From a virus (lineage: Duplodnaviria > Caudoviricetes), in the IMG/VR virus record IMGVR_UViG_3300026382_000022, positions 1 through 53,694 of that record: 53,694 nt of DNA. One strand, given 5' to 3'. A program made the position numbers and the translations under genes. Below are positions 46,722-53,694 of this stretch, piece after piece; positions within the stretch are counted from its first letter, which is position 1; the number at the start of each line of letters is the position of its first letter. A model generated the notes under the pieces. That model searched no databases. It was not told the origin of the DNA and was given only the letters and a program-made list of their open reading frames with translations.

Positions 46722-47328
46722 AAACAAGTACGTTAAATTCATTTTAAGGGTGCTTATCATCGAGATAGGGATGTTGGTTAGGATAATGGTCTATTGGATG
46801 ATAAAAGTCCATAGAGCGCATGCTAGACATATTGTTTATAACTATATGTTACAAAATAATGTTTTTAATTATTATCTAAAAAAATATAATTTAAAAATAA
46901 CTGAAAAAAATAATGATGGGTATGTAGAATATGAAGAAGTTAGTTACTTAGATTATTTGTTATATAAATATTTAGTATGGATATGGTTAGACGATACAGC
47001 TGAATGTGATACATATCATGAAGTCATGTTATCAGATATTCTAAGTGATAGAAAATTAGTTAATAAATATGCTGATAGTAATATCATAGGACCTAGTTAT
47101 AATATAGGTGATTTAAGAATATCTGAACCTATGGAATGTTTAAAGTTAGAATTTAAAAATATTATAGAATATGAAAATTTTAATTTAACACATGAAATAT
47201 TCTATACCACTAATATACATGATGTTTTTAGTTTGAATATATTCGGTATAACTATAGGGTATAAATATATAAATACTGTTGATAAAAAAGATGTATATAA
47301 ATTAATAATAGAAAAAAATAAGGAGTAA
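46666..47328 (+). CDS. Diverged paralog of membrane protein 10502..11194 (start uncertain)
   Basis: R...R..IYNY.L.N, WIWLDD.A..DTY, ADS.I.G....IGD.R and VFS..I.G..IG shared. Confidence 0.6.
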   Translation: MTKNLLNIWRSIFQRVSFKNKYVKFILRVLIIEIGMLVRIMVYWMIKVHRAHARHIVYNYMLQNNVFNYYLKKYNLKITEKNNDGYVEYEEVSYLDYLLYKYLVWIWLDDTAECDTYHEVMLSDILSDRKLVNKYADSNIIGPSYNIGDLRISEPMECLKLEFKNIIEYENFNLTHEIFYTTNIHDVFSLNIFGITIGYKYINTVDKKDVYKLIIEKNKE

Positions 47329-47330
47329 GT

Positions 47331-47726
47331 ATGGCTAATGTATATACTGAAGAAGAACAGGACATACTGAATCTTACTAAAAAAATAAGAGTTGATGCTC
47401 TTAAGGAACTTAGTAAAGAAGGTCCTATTACTGATACAAGAGTATTGAGAATAGTTAATGAATTATCATCTTCATTAGAAACACATGTTAACAATACAGC
47501 TAATACTAGAATAAAATCTCAGGATAGTGAAAATAATAAAGCTAATGCTGAGATGATAGTAGCAGCTATCATGAGTAAACGTGATAATAATGTACAAGTT
47601 ACACCAGATCAAAGAGTTTTAAATGATGAAGATGTTATAGAGATAGAAGTAGTTGAGGGTCAAACAGATATTAATCCTGGACAATTGAATCCTAGTGATT
47701 TTATAGATGAGTATGAAGATGAATAA
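47331..47726 (+). CDS. Hypothetical helical protein (small terminase candidate, weak)
   Basis: AAGGAG RBS; 131 aa helical with acidic tail; lies upstream of the large terminase if the two intervening minus-strand genes are an insertion. Confidence 0.5.
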   Translation: MANVYTEEEQDILNLTKKIRVDALKELSKEGPITDTRVLRIVNELSSSLETHVNNTANTRIKSQDSENNKANAEMIVAAIMSKRDNNVQVTPDQRVLNDEDVIEIEVVEGQTDINPGQLNPSDFIDEYEDE

Positions 47727-47728
47727 GA

Positions 47729-47764
47729 TATAACTACAGTAGCTAATATGCTACTGTAGTTATA
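47729..47764. terminator. Inverted repeat, probable bidirectional terminator
   Basis: TATAACTACAGTAGC-taatat-GCTACTGTAGTTATA. Confidence 0.7.
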
Positions 47765-47797
47765 AAGTTGTTTTTGATATTAACTCTATGTGAACTA

Positions 47798-48343
47798 CTA
47801 ATCATTTAATCCACAATGCAATAGCTCATATAGATAATCACCATAATATGATCCGTCACACCAGTCATATTTTTCATCAGAGACATCTTCTTCATTAGTA
47901 AGATTATCTAAGTTATAATCTTCAATACAATTTTTATATTCAACTAGTGACTCTTTAATATTTTTGAATTCTAAATATATATCTGATGTCTCTTTAATAT
48001 CTACTTCCCTAGTTATATCTTCGTTATATAAGAAAATACTACCACTTTTAATATATGGTTTTAAAAGCAATATTAGATTTTCTATATCATTATCTTTATT
48101 CTTGTTACCAATACACACATCTAGTAGGACATCATTAACATTACTTATATCTATATTTTTTTTAAGATTATCTGTGAAAGTATTATCTAAGAAATCACAT
48201 CTAGAATTTTTAATCATACCATCTGGTAGGTTTAAAGTATCTAATTTCTCTTCTTTAACTTGTTTTAACCATTTAACTATATCTGGTCTATCACCAAGAT
48301 CTAATTTAAGATCTTTAAATCTACACTCATAATATGTACTCAT
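47798..48343 (-). CDS. Acidic hypothetical protein coupled to the nuclease gene
   Basis: ATGA overlap with 48340..51024; AAAGGA RBS. Confidence 0.6.
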   Translation of the reverse strand: MSTYYECRFKDLKLDLGDRPDIVKWLKQVKEEKLDTLNLPDGMIKNSRCDFLDNTFTDNLKKNIDISNVNDVLLDVCIGNKNKDNDIENLILLLKPYIKSGSIFLYNEDITREVDIKETSDIYLEFKNIKESLVEYKNCIEDYNLDNLTNEEDVSDEKYDWCDGSYYGDYLYELLHCGLND

Positions 48344-51024
48344 TTTTCATCCTTTTTATATATTAGATATTTTTCAACATCTTTTAATTTAGTATCTCCT
48401 GGCAAATTTTCTCCTCTACAAAGTTCTAAGAAGTCTTTATACCAATTGTTACCAACTCTGTATTTAAAATATTTAGATAATCTAAATAATAGGTATTCTT
48501 CTAACATATCAAATTTATCATATTTAATACGTATTAAATAATAACCATGTTGTTTAGCTAAATTATTCTTTAATTCATCACGATCCTTACTTGCTTGTAA
48601 TTCTTTATCACCACCCCATTTTTTTATAGATTTAAAATGTTGCTCACCATCATATTCTATTAAAATATTGAGTTCAGGTAGAAAGAAATCAAAACGAAGT
48701 CTTTTATTATCAGCTTCAGGCATCACATATTCTGGTATATTTTTAATATCGTTATCTTGTAGAAATCTATTAATTTTAATTATAGCTTCTGATGAAGAAC
48801 ATATTGGACACCCGTGTCCATCTAGGTGATCATTAGGTCTTTGTTTAAAATCACCATGTTCTTTACATGTAATAATAACTGGGGCTTTACTGTTATAGTA
48901 ATCAACCTTATCATAATTATATCTATTACCATGTATTACTTTAGCTTTCTTAACAAATTCTTCTGTATCAGAGACATGTAATCTAGAACATTTAGAACAT
49001 CCATGTTTTGATCTAATATGATGTTCTGGTGTTTGTTGGAATTTACCATGTAATGGACAAATTATAGTAGCATGTGAAGTATATCCAATATAGTTCATTT
49101 TACTATAGTCAAATTTATTACCAAATTTTTCTTTAGCTCTTTTTATGAACTCTTTTTCATCTATAGTCCTAACTGTGCTACATTTTAAACAACCACCACT
49201 AACTGTTGCTGCTAAATGGTTATTTGGTATTACAGAGAAATCACCATGCTCTTTACATGTAACCATAATAGGTGTGGTCATTTTTTTAAAATTTACTTTA
49301 TCATAACTAAATCTATCACTATGTACTTCTCTAGCTCGTTCTACGAATTCATCTTTAGTTATTCTAGTTGCCTCCATAGCACATTTCTTACACCCTCTAG
49401 CTTTGGCTCTGACGTGTTCACCAGCTATTTGCCAAAATGAACCATGTGTTGGACAAATGATTTCTACTTTAGTAGCTTTATTAATATAGTTAACTTTACT
49501 GTAATCGTATTTATCACCATGTAGTAATCTAGCTTTCGCAACCCATACATCTTTGCTACTAGTTTGTTTAGAGTCTGTTAATTCTCTACTACATTTAGGA
49601 CAACCTGTTTCTGATGTTAAATGGGATTTAGGTAGCATAGTTACTTCACCATGTTTAGGACAATCAAAAGTGATTTTTTTATACATACCAGCATATACTA
49701 CTTTGCTGTAATCGAATTTATCACCATGTTTAGCTTTAGCTTTTTCTATAAACTCTGAAGTACTTGTTTTAGGTATTCGTCTATTCTCTATAGAACATCT
49801 TGGACACCCAGTACCAGACAAATGTGTTGTTGTGTTTTGTTCGAATATACCATGTTTAGGGCATATGATTTTAACTTTATTGTTAGTACCACTACCTTTA
49901 TAATCCACTAATGAATAATCATATTTATCACCATGTTTAAATCTAGCTTTTTCTATAAATTCATTAGTATTTATTTTAGGCTTATGTACTTTTTCAACGC
50001 CACATTTAGGACAACCATATCCATATAAATGTGAATCTGCTCGTTGTTTAAAAATACCATGTTCAGAACATACTATATCTGTATAATCAGAACCAATAGT
50101 ATATACTACTTTGCTATAATCATATTTGTCACCATGTTTAGCTCTAGCTCTCTTTATGAATTCTTCAGTAGTAAGTTTTTTAGAATTACTCATATTTTCA
50201 ATAGCACATTGCTTGCATCCTTTATTACGTAAATGATTATGTGGCTTCTGTTCATACTCACCATGTTTTTTACATATAAGAGTAACTGGTGTATTACTAT
50301 CTACAAAATTTACTTTACTATAATCTACACTATCACCATACAGTTCTTTTGCCTTAGCTAAGAATATCTCTTTAGTTAAAGTGAAAGGTTTTTTTAATAC
50401 TTCTTTCTGGTGCTCAATACTGCACTTAGGACACCCAGTTACACTATTCACATGTGATACTGGTAACATTTGAAATTCACCATGTATAGGGCATATAATG
50501 TTCACTGGTTTATCTTTAGTAAAATAAATAACTTTATTATAATCATATTTGTCACCATGTTTAGCTTTAGCTTTTTCTATCCATCTATTTGTTTTAAATT
50601 CAGTTGGTATAGTATTTTTACCTATAGCACATTTAGGACACCCCATACCAGACATATGGTTACGCGCTAGTTGTTGAAAATCTCCATGTACAGGACAACC
50701 AATAGTAATATTTTCAGATCCTATAGTGTAATTAGATTTACTGTAGTCATATTTATCACCATGTACTTCTTTAGATTTTTTTATAAAATCAGCAGTTGTT
50801 AGCTTACGTGCATTTACTCTTTTTTCAATTGAACATTTAGGACACCCAGATCCTTCATAATGTGCTTTAGCTTGTTGCTGAAAATCTCCGTGTATTGGAC
50901 ATGTTATTGTTATAGGTTTTTTACTACCTTTATATATAGATTTAGCATAACTATATTTACCATCATGTGTTTTTCTAGATTTAATAATCCATTCCTCAGT
51001 TGTCATTTTTTTATTAGCCATCAC
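48340..51024 (-). CDS. Free-standing putative homing endonuclease: 11 DUF723-like C-x2-HG...C-x2-C zinc modules plus C-terminal DUF559/Vsr-like nuclease
   Basis: 11 copies of F..K....HGDKYDYS...Y......I.CP.HG.F.Q....H....GCP.C; C-terminus RFDFFLPELNILIEYDGEQHF...RD..KN..A......LIRI.Y. Confidence 0.85.
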   Translation of the reverse strand: MMANKKMTTEEWIIKSRKTHDGKYSYAKSIYKGSKKPITITCPIHGDFQQQAKAHYEGSGCPKCSIEKRVNARKLTTADFIKKSKEVHGDKYDYSKSNYTIGSENITIGCPVHGDFQQLARNHMSGMGCPKCAIGKNTIPTEFKTNRWIEKAKAKHGDKYDYNKVIYFTKDKPVNIICPIHGEFQMLPVSHVNSVTGCPKCSIEHQKEVLKKPFTLTKEIFLAKAKELYGDSVDYSKVNFVDSNTPVTLICKKHGEYEQKPHNHLRNKGCKQCAIENMSNSKKLTTEEFIKRARAKHGDKYDYSKVVYTIGSDYTDIVCSEHGIFKQRADSHLYGYGCPKCGVEKVHKPKINTNEFIEKARFKHGDKYDYSLVDYKGSGTNNKVKIICPKHGIFEQNTTTHLSGTGCPRCSIENRRIPKTSTSEFIEKAKAKHGDKFDYSKVVYAGMYKKITFDCPKHGEVTMLPKSHLTSETGCPKCSRELTDSKQTSSKDVWVAKARLLHGDKYDYSKVNYINKATKVEIICPTHGSFWQIAGEHVRAKARGCKKCAMEATRITKDEFVERAREVHSDRFSYDKVNFKKMTTPIMVTCKEHGDFSVIPNNHLAATVSGGCLKCSTVRTIDEKEFIKRAKEKFGNKFDYSKMNYIGYTSHATIICPLHGKFQQTPEHHIRSKHGCSKCSRLHVSDTEEFVKKAKVIHGNRYNYDKVDYYNSKAPVIITCKEHGDFKQRPNDHLDGHGCPICSSSEAIIKINRFLQDNDIKNIPEYVMPEADNKRLRFDFFLPELNILIEYDGEQHFKSIKKWGGDKELQASKDRDELKNNLAKQHGYYLIRIKYDKFDMLEEYLLFRLSKYFKYRVGNNWYKDFLELCRGENLPGDTKLKDVEKYLIYKKDEK

Positions 51025-51153
51025 AGACTCCTTAATTTTCTTTTCACTATTACATTAATTACTATTACTATAATGCTAAATAGGCTATTTTAATGACTAT
51101 ATTAAAGTTACCATATATAGCTATAGGAATGGTTGTTGTGAACTATTCCTATT

Positions 51154-51177
51154 TTAGTAATATATGTTTATAATTTT
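51154..51177 (-). promoter_or_regulatory. Early promoter motif
   Basis: Minus strand AAAATTATAAACATATATTACTAA upstream of the nuclease gene. Confidence 0.75.
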
Positions 51178-51363
51178 TTTCAAAACAAACATATTCATAT
51201 TAGTGGGCGAAGTTAAAAATTAATATAGGTGTTTATATTAAACAATTATTAAACAGATTAAAAACAAAAGATGTTTAAATGTAGATGGTGGCACTAGTGC
51301 AGCAATCTATTTACTGATGTTAATATACTAATTTTCTCTATAACTAATAATAAAGGATATTGA

Positions 51364-53484
51364 ATGATATTGTACAAAAGTGATTGGGATTTATATCCTG
51401 AAGCGATAATAGATACTAAGACTAGTAGTAAGACAGCTTTAGAATTAATGTCATTACTTAAAAAAATGGGTGTTGAAAATTGTTATTTCTTTTTAGCATT
51501 ACATGATCCAACATTACAAGGCGTTGATCCATATGATCCAAATCTTACGCAAGAACAAAAAATTAGAATAGCTTCAGAATGTTCTATTAATCCATGGTAT
51601 TTTTTTAGAGAGATAGCTAGAGGACCAGCATCTTCTGGTACTGAACCTATTAAGTTTAGATTCAATAGAGCTAACTTAGCATTATATTGGTTATTTTTTA
51701 ACCATATTACATCATTACTTATACAACCAAGACAAACTGGTAAATCATTTAGTACTGATATATTAATGACTGCACTAATGTCAACAGTTGTTAAAAATAC
51801 TAAAATACATTTATTAACAAAAGATGATAGTCTTAGAGTATCCAATATTACCAGACTAAAAGATATTTATAATGAGTTACCAGATTATCTACAGCTCAAA
51901 ACTAGAAAAGACACTAACAATACGGAAAAAATCACCATTTTAGCACTTGGGAATGAGTACATAACCTCAGTACCTCAGGCCTCAGTAAAGGGTGCATTAA
52001 ACCTCGGGAGGGGGCAAGTCTTGAGTATCCAACATGTGGATGAGTTGTTTTTCTTGAAAAACATACATATCACATTGCCAGCAATGTTAGCAGCTGGGGG
52101 TGCGGCTCGTGATGCCGCGGCTGCTAATGGTGAACCATATGGTAATATCTTTACATCTACAGCAGGATATCTAAATTCACCAGAGGGTAGATTTGGGTAT
52201 GAAGAAATTTATAAAAAATGTATGCCGTGGACTGAGAAACTTTATGATTGTAAAGATGAAGAAGAGTTAGTAGAAACCATTAAGAAAAATTCTCCTGGTA
52301 ATAAAGTAATGGTTCTTTTAGAATTCAACCATAGACAACTAGGTTATACTGATGATTGGTTACGTGGTAAAATAGCTGACGCTATGGCGTCTGGTGATGC
52401 TGTGTTAGCCGATTTTCTTAATATTTGGCCAGAGGGTAATGCAAGTTCACCTATTAGTAAAACATTACTTAAAGTAATGACCGATAGTAGAATAAATGAA
52501 CCATATACAGAAATTACTTCGTTCGGGTACGCCATCCGTTGGTATGTTACACAACGTGAATTAGAAACCATATTACCATCTAGAAAAATAGTTATAGCAC
52601 TAGATACATCTGATGCTGTTGGTAAAGATGATATAGCTATGATCATTAGAGATGTTAGGTCTGGTAAAACATTAGGTGTTGGTGTTTATAATGAAACTAA
52701 CTTAATAACATTCTCAGAGTGGTTAGGTTCACTATTCGATAGATTTGAAAATATGGTTATGATAATAGAGCGTAGAAGTAGTGGTGTTGCTATCATAGAT
52801 AATCTACTTAAAATATTACCAGCAAAAGGTTTAGATCCATTCGCTAAATTATTTAACTGGGTAGTAGATGAGAAAGAAGAATACCCTAAAAGATTTGAAG
52901 AAATAGCTAGAGGTGTTAAACATAGAGATTATAATGTCTATGTAAGGTATAGAAAACATTTTGGATATGCAACTGCTGGTAGTGGTAAATCTAGTAGAGA
53001 TGGTTTATACGGTGATAACTTATTAGCTGCTATAAAATATACTGGTAATGTTATGCATGATAAACAATTAATAGATCAAGTATCTGGGTTAACAGTTAAA
53101 AATGGTAGAATAGATCATAAATCTGGTAGTAACGATGACTTAGTTATAGCGTGGATGTTAAGTTATTGGTTCTTAGTAAAAGCTAGAAATAAAGAATTTT
53201 ATGGTATTAGGAATAATGAAGTATTGTCTATAGTTATAGATAATGAAATGCGTAAAGGTGAAACCAGAGATATGGTTGAACAAAAATATCAGTTAGCTCT
53301 TAAAGCTAAGATAGATGAGTTATTAGAGATGTTGAAGAATGAATCTAATCCATTTAAAATAGATATTTTAACTAATAAAATAAAAATGATGTATAGAGAT
53401 ATAGATACTAGTTATATACCATCGTTTAACATAGATGATGTTATAGAAAATATCATGATAGAAAAAAGAAAACGTTATAGATAA
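51364..53484 (+). CDS. Terminase large subunit, phiKZ gp25-like
   Basis: NPWYFFRE, PRQTGKS (Walker A), HVDE (Walker B), TSTAG, DTSDA.G.D, IERRSSG and RIDH.....DD.VIAW motifs. Confidence 0.93.
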   Translation: MILYKSDWDLYPEAIIDTKTSSKTALELMSLLKKMGVENCYFFLALHDPTLQGVDPYDPNLTQEQKIRIASECSINPWYFFREIARGPASSGTEPIKFRFNRANLALYWLFFNHITSLLIQPRQTGKSFSTDILMTALMSTVVKNTKIHLLTKDDSLRVSNITRLKDIYNELPDYLQLKTRKDTNNTEKITILALGNEYITSVPQASVKGALNLGRGQVLSIQHVDELFFLKNIHITLPAMLAAGGAARDAAAANGEPYGNIFTSTAGYLNSPEGRFGYEEIYKKCMPWTEKLYDCKDEEELVETIKKNSPGNKVMVLLEFNHRQLGYTDDWLRGKIADAMASGDAVLADFLNIWPEGNASSPISKTLLKVMTDSRINEPYTEITSFGYAIRWYVTQRELETILPSRKIVIALDTSDAVGKDDIAMIIRDVRSGKTLGVGVYNETNLITFSEWLGSLFDRFENMVMIIERRSSGVAIIDNLLKILPAKGLDPFAKLFNWVVDEKEEYPKRFEEIARGVKHRDYNVYVRYRKHFGYATAGSGKSSRDGLYGDNLLAAIKYTGNVMHDKQLIDQVSGLTVKNGRIDHKSGSNDDLVIAWMLSYWFLVKARNKEFYGIRNNEVLSIVIDNEMRKGETRDMVEQKYQLALKAKIDELLEMLKNESNPFKIDILTNKIKMMYRDIDTSYIPSFNIDDVIENIMIEKRKRYR

Positions 53485-53694
53485 TTTTTTTAAGTTATAT
53501 TATATTATGAGTAGATATATTACCTCCTGAATATAATATATCTACGTGTATTATAATGTTATATACATTATGTACTACATCCTATCAATATAGGTTAGTA
53601 ACTAACCTTAGGGATCTTATGATCTTCTAGAAATTCCATCTAGCATGGGTGGAGTAGTTCACGTGTTGTTTCCACTATGTGATATGTTTTCCTG

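Noticed and set aside
51483-52646. Minus-strand ORFs inside the terminase (51483..51845, 52344..52646) as the cause of the GC-rich patch
   Set aside because: Neither overlaps the 51890-52140 patch, and both read as shadow frames.
1-53694. Stop-codon reassignment, tRNA genes, integrase or IS elements
   Set aside because: Standard code gives dense full-length genes ending in TAA, TAG and TGA; no cloverleaf, transposase or integrase motifs were recognised by eye.

Overview
A very AT-rich (roughly 27-28% GC by eye), gene-dense segment of a phiKZ-like (Chimalliviridae-type) jumbo phage genome. The host is a Gram-negative bacterium (a spanin pair is present); Campylobacterota is a guess from the AAGGA ribosome-binding sites and low GC. 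From left to right it holds: the end of a dCMP deaminase; a minus-strand block of virion/fibre proteins (paralogous Ig-like plus coiled-coil proteins and a PKD protein); a lysis cassette (GH108-type endolysin, permuted NlpC/P60 enzyme, secreted nuclease, holin-like protein, i-/o-spanins); and a 1394-aa FG-GAP protein with 3x6 near-identical 59-aa repeats. Next comes the phiKZ gp75-gp65-like core (SF2 helicase, non-virion RNAP beta', beta and gp68-like subunits, a probable PicA/gp69 import factor, Mre11/SbcD nuclease). This core is interrupted by accessory genes: a three-gene two-component module, a GGDEF protein, DUF488, topoisomerase I and an Apyc1-like metallo-beta-lactamase-fold protein. 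The window ends with an 894-aa nuclease carrying 11 zinc modules, divergent from the large terminase. Best leads: (1) this 11-module zinc-finger nuclease, paired with a sharply recoded high-GC3 patch over the Walker B region of the adjacent terminase; (2) a phage-encoded histidine kinase/response regulator module plus diguanylate cyclase inserted among the RNAP genes; (3) an FG-GAP adhesin with hypervariable di-residues and visible repeat shuffling. Six TATATYAC early-promoter motifs and a family of palindromic hairpins at every convergent junction are also visible. All family assignments come from motif recognition and gene order, not from database searches.
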